Below the pieces are notes generated by a model. That model did no database searches. It saw nothing but the letters and a program-made list of their open reading frames with translations, and was not told the origin of the DNA. A stretch of 63,932 nucleotides of DNA, the filler included, from Choristocarpus tenellus KU-1152 (Eukaryota; Protista; Phaeophyceae), in the NCBI GenBank assembly GCA_964200185.2. It is 11 parts of 11 records of this genome, joined end to end, with 100 filler letters (N's around TTAATTAATTAA, not from the genome) between each part and the next. Parts side by side here need not be neighbours in the genome. Positions count along the whole stretch, not along the records: positions 25,732 to 32,397 come from CAXNAD020007611.1; positions 32,498 to 36,484 come from CAXNAD020016789.1; positions 36,585 to 42,416 come from CAXNAD020009648.1; 8 more parts are not named here. The stretch is one strand, 5' to 3'. Position numbers and translations under genes: made by a program. Of the stretch, positions 26,211 to 38,591 are shown in pieces (the first letter of the stretch is position 1; every line of letters begins with the position of its first letter).

Positions 26211-29200
26211 GAGTCTGTCTTTTTCATGTGGGAGCTAGTCGTGTTTGCACTCATTGCCACGGCGGGAGGGCTGCTGGGAGCAGGGTTTGTTAGCTTCAAC
26301 ACGTTCCTCGCCAAGTACCGGGCAAGGTTCATTGTGGGCACTTGGCAAGGACTAGCCGAGGTGATGCAGACATCTGCAACTATCTGAGGCTGTGGGGAGA
26401 TGGGACTGCTTTTTCTTTCTCTTTTAATTACCCCCGGAGTTAAAATGTAAATACATATATTTGGTGGTGTGCATCTCAATCTCAGCTGCCAAGGGGCCTA
26501 AATGAGGCCAGAGTGAGTCAATTGATCACCTGCACCGTTGAGGTTTAGTCCAATGGTCCGATCACGGCCATACTTCAACATTGTCTAGAGTCAGAGAGCA
26601 ATGGATAGTATACTAGTGCGTACACTCCTATAGCCCTTGTGTTGTCAATTGATAGTGTTTGCTCTTCTGGGAAGGAGATTGATATATTTTGTACTAGAGT
26701 CAAAGTATCTTAGAGGGTAGAGTCGCGTCCAATTGGGGGCAAAAACCCAATGTTGTGATTTTGATGTAATTTTGGGTATCATGCTTGTTAGGAAGTGTAA
26801 ATATGCTTGTTCCGGACACACCTTTTCAAAAGGTATACATTTTATCTGCTCTGAAACATTTTGGAGTAGGAAAATGTCATTGAAAAACCTGTGGGAATCC
26901 AAACCCCAAATGGACAAAAAGGGCAAAACTCGTACCCTCTAAGATACTTTCACTCACTAGTGGACACTTAAGTGTGGTGACTGGGCTACGGACCAGGGCC
27001 TGCGACCATGTTCTCCTTAGTACCCGCTATTGAGAGAGATCAATATGTGAGTATTCGAGATACATGAGACACTCCACATTGTGTGTAACAGTTCTACATA
27101 TATATAAATGAAGTTCTCAACCCGATCAAAATTTGGCATCTGGTCAGAAACAGTTTCATGGATAATGCCAAAGACAGTTACATTTCTGGTACAGAAAAAA
27201 AGTATCAGTTTCCTGCTCTGGTCCACCTATCTTCCCTTAATCTAACATCCTACTGGTGCCCACACAGCCTCCGCACACATCATTCCCCTTCTTTCTTACA
27301 GCTCCCTCTCCCCCTTCCCCTCTCCACCTTCCAACCTCCCAACAAATTGTCAATGTGGCAGCTCCTGTGCTTGATTACCCTGGTTTCGTTTGTGTCTTTC
27401 TTTCTCCCTCTGTATGCTGGGGAATGCCGGCCCGTACCGACAGACCTTGACGAGTGGTCATCTGCGGGGATAGAGAGCTTGGAGCTCCTTGTGACTCTTG
27501 ATTGCAATGAAGATGAGTACAATGAGGTGAGGTGGATGAGAAAGGCTTGACACCACTCCGGTCCCAATCCACGGCCTTGGAAAGGCGTGGGGAGGAAAGG
27601 ACTTCCTTAAGTGTCTGGACTCACGGAGAGGGAAGAATTGTTCCATGTCGTTAGAGCCTTCCTCATAGAGGGGGGGGGGGAGATGGAAAGGGACATGTCG
27701 AAGATGGGTTGGACAGAGGATGTATGGATCCTGTGTTGGCATAGCGCAAAACTCGTAGCTCTTCCCCTTATTCAGTGATGGCTTTCGTACTACTTTGGGC
27801 TTGGAGTATTGAACTGAGCCACAGTAAACGGATGGTGGTACGAAGGGTTGTATATTAAGGATGTTGACACATAGTACTTGTACAGCAGTTCGATTTATTT
27901 TTCTACTGAAGGCATTTTATTAATGAGCATGAAAAGCTACAGTTCGCCTGTTCTTAGCTCTGGGATGCATTTCCTTCACTGTATGTTGCTCAAGCACTTG
28001 AGATGAGGGGGTTCAAAGTTATGATTTGCACACCCACTATTGGCTAGCACATCGTCAGCCTTTCAAAGTTGAGGGCAATAAGACCGTAGCGTGCGGGCCT
28101 TTCTTAAAACTGTTATGAGTGGGGCCGAGCCCAATCAATCTCCCTTGGCACACGCCTTGCTTTATGCGCTAGAGTTCTTACAACCCTGAACAGCCCAGAG
28201 TTCCCCCGGTAACTTTGAAGAGAACGAGGCCGTCACCTAACTAACTTCCATTGTGAATCTGAACCAAGAGACCAAAGGATCCCACCTCCTTTCTTCCCTC
28301 CCCAGCCCCCCTCCCCATATACATTATCTTCACCCTCCTATTTGTTTTTTGGCAATGTCCTGACATATGTCCAGCTCCTAACCTTTGCCCTACCTGATTC
28401 TTGCCCCCGCCCCCACTATCCCCCTTGCCTGGTCAGTTGGGCACCCTTTTCCTCAACGAGCCAGATGCCGTGATCAAGATGCTCTTGCACTTTGGCTGCG
28501 ACACCTTCAAAGGCTCCACTCTCCTCCTCTTTTCAGCTGTGTACCTTTCCCTGGAGTGCCTCACTGTTGGGGCATTGATATGCTCCGGGCTCTTCATACC
28601 GTCATTGCTATCTGGGGCTGCATTTGGTAGGGGCAGAGTATTCCTGCACCGGTGCCCTCCTTAGATAAGCATTATTGGGTGTGGATGGAGAAGATAAATG
28701 GCATGAAGAGGTGCACATTCGTTCACTGCACTGCCCTGCATCTCTAGGGGGGTAAATGTCTTCATCCAAATTGATCGGTGCAATGAGGGCATATTATTTC
28801 CTTAATCCTTGACTTGAGAACACTTTGTATTTTCTTATCTCTTCATTCTGGGGGGGGGGGGATTCGATTGCTGAGGTGTTGCATGGTGATGTAACTGCAG
28901 CAGAGGGGTAGAAGGACACACGCATAGAGCCTTGGCTTTGCTGGATGATAATACTGCCCTATACCAGCAGGCGGGTCAATTGCAACTAACACAATACATA
29001 ATACTAGCAAGGAACCAATGCCACATTGATAGATATTTCTAGGACCAATGATCCTGCATCGAGATGAGTTACACACTCCTTGGGTGACTAGAGTGGAGCA
29101 ATATAAAGTCTCTAACTCTTTCGCGCCTTGCCATGCCCTGTCATGCATTTTCTTATGCTAATTGAACCCCAGGGAGGGGAATCGGGGTTCTCCTCGGACG

Positions 29201-30968
29201 GAATCCAAGGTCTTATGCACTAGTGGGAGCAGGGGCCATATTGGGAGGCATTGCTCGGATGGCTATCAGCATTACTGTCATTATGGTGGAGGCTTCAGGA
29301 TGGGTCCTGGTGAGAACAGAGAGATTCAACCCACGTGTCAGCCCTCAAGAGTGTTTCAAGATCTCGTGTGAGTGTACACGCTACAGTCCGATTCTATGAA
29401 TTTATAGTAGTTTACCCTGTGTAAGGACTATTCCGAAGTCTCAGATCACAAGCTGGGCCCTATATTCTGTGAACTGAGTTGTGAACACGGCAGTCAAGAC
29501 CTACTTCTAAAAATGCGATATTTTCATCACACTTCTTCCTCGTTGTAGATGTTGTCTATGAAACAGCATGTGACATGTTTTTGCTGTTGAACATCTCCCT
29601 GCTGACCTCACAAGTGATACCCAAGGGATATCGAACTACTAATGCAATCTTGCATGCAAGCATCTGGTGCAATGCAGATGTCGTGATCAATACTACCCTC
29701 CAGATGACTCACCCATAACTTATATTCGACACATACAGTAGTTGCCAACCCCAACTGTACCTTCTGCTCTTGAAGAGTATTTCATGCTCTTCTCAGTCCC
29801 ATTACGAGCTCAGTGCACATGGCAGTCCTTCTATTCAGTCAGAATGTTGAGGCAAGGGTCTAATATTCCCATTCGATGTTAAGTTTTAACCTCTCATCTA
29901 TCTCATCATCAACTCCCCTACTCTCCCTTACTGCACAAAATGCTCACTGCACCTCTCTACAAAGTTTGTTATTCCGATGATGGTAGTATTCCTCCTGGCA
30001 CGCAGTGTGGGCAACCGGTTCAATGAAGGCATCTATGACACTCAGATCCGGACCAAGAAGATGCCCTTCTTGGAACAGGTACCCTGCCTCTCCAGTGCAT
30101 TTATGGGATATTGTTTGGTTCACAGAGGGTGGGGTTATCAAGGTGCTTAGCTTCCTCCAAATTTATGAAGTTTTTGCCTTCAATGATGAACGCCAACGAT
30201 CTTTCATATATAGTTGGGGTGTGGAACAACTGGATTGTGGTGTGTAGACTCACGTATAATAGCTACAATTGCAAGGAAAGCAAGTCCGGGGGAGGATTGA
30301 TCTTATCAAGCAGGAGCATAGCTGTCTTGAACCAATTGGATTTGAAGATCTCATACACCATGTGCATGAAGTGGTGCATGCATATCACAAAGTGTACATT
30401 GCAACAGAGATTCACACCTGCGCATTTCCTCATCCCAAGTCATACTCCTTTATGTCCTTCACCTTGACACGCTGACCCATCCTAAAATTGCTGCCTTTAC
30501 TTGAGTCTCTTACCTCCCCTTCTGAAATCTACTTCTTAACCTTAAGAAGGTCAAGCTAGCATTGCACCTGATAACACCCCTTGGCGGCCACAAAAGTGCT
30601 TTCTCCTGAACCAGTGCTACAACCGGAGTCAAGCATCTTCTTTTTTTTTCAGACTAGCCAAAAAAGTTCACAATATACATATATATTTTATATCACAATT
30701 GACCCCGATGGGATGCGTTCGCCCTTACACAACCTATCTGTTGACCTCAATTTTTCTGTCGTATTATATTTTATTTGCACCAATAGGAACCGCCTGAGGT
30801 GGCCATATCCCAGAACTTGCGAGTGAACCAGCTTATGACAAAGAAGATAACTTGCCTCCGACCGATTGAGGCTGTCCATTCTGTACACTCTACCCTTCGA
30901 GACTGCGACCACAACTGCTTCCCTGTCGTGGACAAGGACAACTTCATCTTGCTTGGGACCGTACACAG
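26211..30968 (+). CDS. CLC-family chloride channel / Cl-/H+ exchanger (CLC-6/7-like), internal portion; exons ~26211-26321, ~27302-27526, 28437-~28630, ~29175-29309, 29965-30078, 30787-30968
   Basis: Motifs WEL..F...GGLLGA.F, EYNE|LGTLF, signature SGLFIPSLLSGAAFGR, YALVGAGAILGGIARMAISITVIMVE, VGNRFNEGIYD...PFLE, and CBS1 (QLMTKKITCLRPIE...HNCFPVVD). Some exon boundaries are uncertain. Confidence 0.92.
26697..26955 (+). mobile_element. MITE subfamily C in CLC intron, TSD ACTA
   Basis: TIRs GAGTCAAAGTATCTTAGAGGGTA / TACCCTCTAAGATACTTTCACTC; ACTA on both flanks. Confidence 0.9.
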
Positions 30969-31841
30969 GTAAACTGCCGACAGAAGGCTGATTCCTTGTC
31001 AGGAGTTGAGCAATGGCTCTTGACGTTTTTGCAGGTTAGAGGTAGAGATCTAGCCATTTTTTTAAAATCCTGAGAATAATTTTGGTTTCATGTCAGGGTG
31101 AGGTTTTTACTCCATGTGAGGATGCGACCAGCTGGAGGGTGAGTAGAAGTATGCAGGGGAGGAAATGGAGCATCTATGTTTTTGACCAGCTTGGGCAATC
31201 AATACTTGCAAGTTGAAGAATTGCCATGCATCCTGGATAGATATTATGTCGTAATGTTTCATGAGGAAACGTCAGGCCAGCAATTGGCAAATCCAAAAGC
31301 TTCCACCTACAACACACAAAACCTGTAAGCATTGGTTTTTGCGCTCTATACAACATAGCTCAACCAGGAGTCTCGGAGGGTTGTTGTTTCAGATGGACTG
31401 TTTTCTTCTTGAGTACACCCCTATTTCATCACCAGGTGGTGTTGAGCCATTTCACCCTAACCTTAAACTAGCCTTTAACCCTATGCCCTAAACCTGACCG
31501 ATCATCAAATGTCCACCTCTTATTGCAGTTACCGAACTATCAATATCAAGACAACCCTGTATATGTGTGTGTGAGTGTGTGTGTGCAAAGATTTGTTTTA
31601 TTCTGATGAGGGCCTTGGGATAAAAACATCCACTGACTTCCAATCAAGATTTCAGTTTCTTTTCTTTATGTGGCTATTGCCACAAGGAGATTATGAAGGT
31701 TTGTGACAGATGTACGGCTTCTAAAATCCCCTTCAATGATTTTCTCGACATCAGCCAACAATGTGCACAGAAAGTAATAATATTCAAGAAGAAAATATGA
31801 CTGAAACGTGTACTGTTTTCACCCGAACAAACCCAATGTTA

Positions 31842-32101
31842 GAGTGAAAGTATCTTAGAGGGTACGAGTTTTGCCCTGTTTGTCCATATAGGGCTTGGCT
31901 TCCCATGGGTTCCTTTATGACATTTTCCTACTCCAAAATGTTCGGGAGTAGGTAAAATGTAAACGTTATGAAATGGTGTATGTCTGGAACAAGGATACTG
32001 ACACTTCTTAAAAACACGATAGCCAAAATTACATCAAAATCGGAATATTGGATTTTGGCCCCCAAACGGACGCGGTCCTACCCTCTAAGATACTTTGGCT
32101 C
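31842..32101 (-). mobile_element. MITE subfamily C, opposite orientation, TSD TTA
   Basis: GAGTGAAAGTATCTTAGAGGGTA...TACCCTCTAAGATACTTTGGCTC; reverse-complement match to the 26697 copy. Confidence 0.88.
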
Positions 32102-32357
32102 TTAGCTAGAAATGATGAAAAATAGTCAACTGATAAGCACATTGCCAACATACGTCCAAAACAAAGCTCAAGCTTGCACCCAAAGCTATTCTACATAATA
32201 GGTCAATTCTATGTAACAGGTCCATACTAAACACCAAAACAGTTGCCGACATGGCTACATTCCAATCATAGTTAGACATACACGAGGGGTTATACTGACG
32301 GGTTGATGGGCGGTATGATGGGTAACAGACATAATTCCAGCAAATTGATGATAAGGC

Positions 32358-32397
32358 GACTCAAAGTATCTGGGAGGGGGTGGCGGCTGTCCATTTG
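32358..32397 (+). mobile_element. MITE subfamily B left end at contig break; longer truncated copy at 36603-~36710
   Basis: GACTCAAAGTATCTGGG(A)GGGGGTGGCGGCTGTCCAT is shared with the 53311 and 61196 copies. Confidence 0.8.
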
Positions 32398-32609
32398 NNN
32401 NNNNNNNNNNNNNNNNNNNNNNNNNNNNNNNNNNNNNNNNNTTAATTAATTAANNNNNNNNNNNNNNNNNNNNNNNNNNNNNNNNNNNNNNNNNNNNATG
32501 TGGGCCCATTCCGTTCTCTGTCGATCTTTCTCCATTCTGCGAAATCGAAACCTGGGTATCTATTACTGGAGCTGGGTTAATCCCTCCACCTATATTCCGT
32601 CCTTGCCCT

Positions 32610-32760
32610 TGCCTGTCTCGTGTGCCGTCGTCGCCTTCCTCCATCACCTCCACAACCCCATCCCATCCTCCTTCAACACCACAGTAATTTATTATTATGC
32701 CCTCTGACATTTTGCAGATGTGTCAGGAGGGAAACCAATGAAAACTATATATATGTCGCT
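32610..32760 (+). repeat. Dispersed repeat; homologous pieces at ~7875-7950, ~21410-21545 and (inverted) 22630-22693
   Basis: ttatgccctctgacattttg...tgtcagg...aaccaatgaaaactat recurs; ctgtctcgtgtgccgtcgtcgccttcctccatcacctccacaacccc is inverted at the end of contig 4. Confidence 0.7.
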
Positions 32761-32999
32761 ATTAGTCAATATTCATTCACACGTCAGTAGTGATGGATGG
32801 TCGACGGTCAATTAATAAAATTCAGTGTGTGCTTTGCCGTGTAATTTAACTGCTAGCTTTCGGCGACGAGCCTTACATGTGCCAAGCTTCTCAACAAGCT
32901 TAAGCGCCTAATCCAAACTCTAGATAGGGGAGTCCCAGCCAGACTGGTTTGGTTTTAATTGGTACTGCATCACTCATGGCTTCTGATGGGTCTCATACG

Positions 33000-34437
33000 G
33001 GGGTCAGAAGGAACTCATCAGAGTGGGTGATATAAATTTCATCTAGAAGGAAGGTATGGATGAAGAAGAGGTCACCAAGGCCAGCGTTCGAGAGCCACAA
33101 TACAACAAGCTACTCGTTAGCGCTACTTCTCACTCCAACGGGAGGTAGGTGAACGCAGAGAGCCAGGGAGCGCTCTGGCGGCAAGGACGGTGAAAAAGGC
33201 TGGCCGAGGTGGCAGCCGGGGTATGACTGGCCATCGTATTGACCCTGGGACGACAGGATCCCGTTCCAGGGGGCTAACCCAGGCCCGACAGAGATGCGAT
33301 AAGTGTGGATTGGTTATACATTTCGATTCCGTACATTTAAAGGACCGTGTTACACCTGCAGGAAGATTGGCCACCTGCGCACTGTATGCCCCTAGAGGAG
33401 GGAAAATCCGTTAAAGTCGACGGGAATACTAGCTGAACCAGATAAACCAGCTAGGGAATCTAGGAAGTTCAAGACCATGTTAGCCACTATGGCTGGTAAT
33501 GGCAAGGTGAGATTGAATGCTTTCGAAATGTGGTGTTTTGATTCGGCTGCTTCCAACAGTATAACGAAAGACTCTAAGTACATTTATGACTTCACCACAT
33601 GTCCACAAGGCCACAACATGACCGTGGCTCACGGCACATCACTACCCATTGTGGGGTATAGCAAGATTGATTTGAATTTCAATGTTGGCCGCGATGAGTG
33701 GGTGCATGTTACTTTGACGTCTGTTGCACTTGTCCTGAAGATAGTTTTCAATCTTCTCTCTTCACATTCTGCTAGTAGTAGGGCTAAGGAAGTGAATAGC
33801 AATGATGGTGATGATGATGGGGTGGATGAGGCCAAGGACAGCCAATGTGAAAGGGAATTACGACGACACAGCATTGGAAATGGTGAAGACAACATCCTTC
33901 CCCACCGCACCAGATCAGGAAATCATCCTACTTCCGCCAAAGCTGCTGTTTTGAACATGTCCACAATGTTTTATGACTTGTCTGTTTATTTCCGTAGAGA
34001 CCACCCTTGTGATGTGTGCGAGTGATGGTTCTATTGGAGTGTTAGCGGATGAGCTCCTTCCAGAACGCAAGACTGTAAGAGCAGCACGTAGCTCTCCCGA
34101 ATGTGATTTATGGGATCGAGCTAGAACAGAAGAGATGTCTGGTTTGTTGTTGAATAATATTTGGGTGGAGGCCGTATTACCCCCTGGACGCAGGGCAATA
34201 AACACTGAATGGATTCACAAGCGTAAGACTAACAAATTTGGTGAGGTAGTTAGATACAAGGCACGTTTGGTATCAAAATGTTTTCGACAGATTGAGGGTT
34301 TAGATTACCAAGATACCTTTGCACCAACACCGTCCCCTGCGTCTTTGAAAATGATCTTAGCATTAGCTGCAGATAAAGATTGGGCATTAAAGCATTGGGA
34401 TGTGAAGCAAGCATTCATACAAGCAGACATTATATAA
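33000..34437 (+). mobile_element. Defective Ty1/Copia LTR retrotransposon: gag tail, aspartic protease and N-terminal half of RT; integrase deleted
   Basis: Protease WCFDSAASNSIT...V(ALV)...FNLLS. RVT_2 motifs LPPGRRAINTEWIHKRK...VRYKARLV...QIEGLDYQDTFAP...WDVKQAF. Confidence 0.9.
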
Positions 34438-35900
34438 GATAGAGCGTCAGTTATAACATTTAGCTTACCAGGCATGCGTTTGACAATGAAATCGCAAGCT
34501 TGAAGTGCAATACTCAACGAGTAAGCATGTTACTGGTACCGTACATTCTGTACGAATAACACAATGCGACGTGGTCTGTAATGCAGATATAGTGTCTATC
34601 CCAGACAAACGGTTGTCAGTGAGTGATAGCGATAACTACCGCATAACACTCTTAATATAGCTGAATAGTGACGTCAAGGTTATGAAATTTCTTGTCGAAG
34701 TAAGCAATGATCGTAGGTCATTAGGATATCGGGTTGGGGGTATGCTAAAAGCCTCCAGCACCACTCTCACTGGCATCAACTTGGATGATGAACTCTTTGG
34801 TAAAGTCAGGAAATATGAGAACCGGCACTGCAGTGAGTAACTATTTCACTTCGAAATATATCATGTTCTTGGCCGTTCCCCATTCTATAAGCAACGTTCT
34901 TGCTGACTGACACCTTTCTTAGTAAGATGATCTAACGATTTGATGACTGTGGCTAAGTCGGGTAAAATATTACGCACTAAATTTACCGTACGTAGGACAA
35001 ATCGAGGTTATTTGATAGGGGCTGATTTAGGTAATATTCAGTGATGTCATGAACCAGATCTTCATCGACACGAACCCCTTCAAACGACAAAACGTGATCC
35101 AAATAACGGACTTCTTAGATCTAAATTGGATGTTTGACGGTTTCAAGGCTAAATTTGCTGCTTGCGAGCTTTGAACTGCTGCTCTAGTAAGTACAAATGC
35201 ATTTCCTATGTTAGGAGAACAAGCAATCCACTCATCCATGTAAACGGGCAAACCACTGAGTGTTCCAAAGTTGGCAAAGGCTAACAACACTATTCTTTGG
35301 AATTTCTAGGGAACATTCGATATTCTGAACATCCTCTTAAGAAGACATTCTCCCTCTTTCCCGCAAGTCTGCGACGTTATAAATCTTCACTTTTGTCTTG
35401 GCCGCTTCTTCATGAAGGTGAAGAAGTTTCCAGTGATGTATAGGTCAAATTAAACCTCTGGGTGTATTTGTTCTGGTTTTCGAATGTTGTTCCAAAGAGT
35501 ATTCTTAATCGTTTCCGAGAAACGGGAACGAAAAACAGTTTTTTGGTCAGTGGCTGCACTGCCCTACGCCTGACCGGGTGTACAACGTTACCCCACGGTC
35601 AGATGTGTGGACACAACATCTCAGCACCTTGTCAAGAGTCGTACAACTCTCGCTTAGCCTCCAGATCATCTGCGATGTGAGTCTGTAGCCAATATGGCAA
35701 CTCCAGTGAGTCCGCTGTCTTTCGCTGGGAACCCATCGACCTGGAGTAAAAATTGCGAGTTGAGCGAGGAAGGTCGAAACGTGCTGACTGTATGTTACTC
35801 CTTAGCCCTACCTTCTGGTAAGAAATGACTTCCAAAAGGGTGGGCTGGGGAGGAATGTGGAATATCATCGTGTTATCCTTACGTTGTATGGGCTGATACA
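34437..35900 (-). mobile_element. Degenerate Ty3/Gypsy pol remnant (RT + RNase H)
   Basis: Minus strand carries VYMDE (decayed YxDD) followed by ANLALKPS, RNase H start EFIIQVDASESGAGGFL (~34750-34795), and RNase H end LQACDFIVKRMPGKLNVITDALS. Confidence 0.8.
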
Positions 35901-36275
35901 AGTATACAACATAGTTTCATGTACGCTTATCTTTAGTTCGGTGCAACACAAAGTAGTAATGCACATAGCGGTATGATGGGTTGGTCATTGGTCATACATC
36001 AGAGGTAATTGATGGCTAAGACAAAGGCCCAGTGGATAATGAATATTCAGCTTATGTTCACAATGTAACTCAACCAGTGGCTTTGGGCAACGAGTCTTAC
36101 ATGCGCTAAGCTTATCAACATCCTTCTAAGTGGCTAATCAACAAACTCTAGCCAGGGGAGGCGCAGCGGGACTAGATTGTTTTGAGTTGGTTGACATCAC
36201 TCATGGCCTCAAGTGGGTTTCATACCAAACTCCTACAACTTACCAACGACAACTATGCAGATTGGTTCACCACAA

Positions 36276-36458
36276 GGGTCAAAGTATCTATCTGGGAGGG
36301 GGTGTCGGCGTCCGTTTTCCACCTTTGTTCGATTTTCACTTTTTGGTGTGATTTGGTCGCACGTGTTGGATTTGAAATGTCAACAAAAAAAAGAGTTGTT
36401 TGAGCGAAACGGACGCCCCTTCATAAACCACCCCCCCCCCCCCCAGATACTTTGACCC
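36276..36458 (+). mobile_element. MITE subfamily A, TSD ACAA
   Basis: GGGTCAAAGTATCT...AGATACTTTGACCC flanked by ACAA on both sides. Confidence 0.9.
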
Positions 36459-37028
36459 ACAACGCGCATTTTGGGGCACAAAGGNNNNNNNNNNNNNNNN
36501 NNNNNNNNNNNNNNNNNNNNNNNNNNNNTTAATTAATTAANNNNNNNNNNNNNNNNNNNNNNNNNNNNNNNNNNNNNNNNNNNNGATCCTCTTCAAAGGT
36601 ATGACTCAAAGTATCTGGGGGGGGGGGTGGCGGCTGTCCATCTGGGGTCAATTTTTTCATGTCACGATTTTGGGGCGATTTGGTTGGATACTTCGGATGG
36701 ATAATGTAACTGCACTAACCTACTAGTTCTATGCTTACAGTGACCAATAAACAAACTAATCACAACATAAAAGGCATACCATATCGCACATGGAAATCAT
36801 CTGAGAAATGTATCTCCTCCTGTGCACAATAGAGGTTAGGGTTAGGGTTTTCTACATCCCCGTAAAAAAATACCTGTACATATTGGATACTATGCTTTGT
36901 TCATTGCATGGCATACACAGCTGGATAGAAAAATGCACTCTCCCCGCTGAGGCAATCAGCTCACGACCCGTTGAAATAATTTACGCCCATGTAGTCCATT
37001 GGTTTGTTTTCAATTGTCCTCATCTCAC

Positions 37029-38260
37029 CAGGGTGACTTGCTACCAACGGTGCCGCCATCGTAACGGAGTTGATGGCACCCCTCAAGGCTCTCGAATGGT
37101 CCATCAGTATGCGCACGGACATATTGGGGTTGGCACCAGCGGCCTTGTCCACAGCTGCAGCAACACAGAATAGGAGCCGGGGAGAGAGGGAGAGTGAGGC
37201 TGAGAAGGGAAGGCAAGTTCCTTTGGTGTGTGAGTGTTGGTGACATTGTGTGCGCAGGAGGGCACACACCAGTCGGTTGATGTGCAGAGTGTGTTGCGAG
37301 ATGTGGAGTCGAATGGTCAAAGTATTCTATACCTACCAGAGCAGTACAGATCGGACTCTTTATGGTTAGCTGTGTCGGCATTCTACAACAGGCTTGCTGC
37401 AGTGTCCAGTGCTCACCAAGGAAGATTTATCCTCCTATTTCGCACCTTACACACCCATTCCTCACTTTGCCACCGTTGCGAAATGTGAACAGAGGAATAG
37501 TGTTCCGTGCAGCATCTCTAAACCAAAAACTCGCCCTGCTCGTCACAGCTAACCCCCCGTTTGACCCTATGGAAGGAGAAGAAGGTAGGCTGCCTATGGC
37601 GGTTGGGATTTGCTAACCCTCACCCTGAACCAGTAACACACTTAAGCTTGCCAAGGCGGCGATCCTTACCATCCATTAGTCTTGCCTCCATCTCCCCCGT
37701 TCCAAGGTAAAGCGCTGCCAACGTAATCCTCGTCCTGGAAAAGACAGGTAAACCCACAACAAATCATGCAACTGTCAGCAAGCCCTCCCGTCCCTGTCCA
37801 AAGTCCAACTACAGAATAAAGGTATCTCCTTTCCTCGAGGCCACACCTTGATACCGCAATGAAGATGCAGCTTTCCTGCCATGTTATATTCAAACCAACG
37901 TTCCAAACCATTGGCAGGGAATACAAACTGTGCAGTACTCAGGAGGAAACCCTTCAATGCGTCTTGAGTCACAGGTCCTTTTTAGGGATTACAGAGCAAC
38001 CCTGCAATTACTTTGAAACCCACGATCGTATCTCACCTTGCTTTCCTCACCTCGCTCACCAGGCTCTCGTAGAATTCCGACGGCGTCTTGAGAATTTTCA
38101 CTTGGGAACCATGCACAGGTATGACAACACCTGGAACAGAACCCACAATGCTAGACAACAGGTGACCCGCCTCCCTTGAGAAAGAAGATTCGTTGCCAAA
38201 ATTTCTACAGCACCACGGACGGGTTCGCAAACCGACCACTACCAAAGAGGAGCGAAACAT
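37029..38260 (-). CDS. PGS1: Mitochondrial CDP-diacylglycerol--glycerol-3-phosphate 3-phosphatidyltransferase (PLD-type PGP synthase), 5' part; exons 38260-38037, 37734-37670, 37154-37029
   Basis: R/S-rich presequence, then VKILKTPSEFYESL...ARTRITLAALYLGTGEME...VRILMDHSRALRG, typical of the Pgs1 N-terminus. Phases are consistent. Confidence 0.88.
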
Positions 38261-38591
38261 TTTTCATTTCCTGCAAATATGTCTTCGTACCTGACTTCTT
38301 CACCCTTGGCCCCTAAGTGACCCTTGCCAAGTAGAAGTCTTCACGACTTGTTCTATTGGATCGGAATTACCCCACCAAAACTTGAAACAATAACCCTAAC
38401 CCCTAATCTGGATGTGGTGGATTTTTTCGGAGTAAGTTGCAATCCAACACTACTCTTCGAGAGGAGTGGAACTTAAATCCTTGAGCAACATGGCCTGCTT
38501 GACAGTAGCCCAAGCTTGGGCGTTCGCATTGCCTCTGTGCATTGTGAAAATAGTCTGAATAGAGAGACTATTTCTCTTCAAGGGGTATAGC

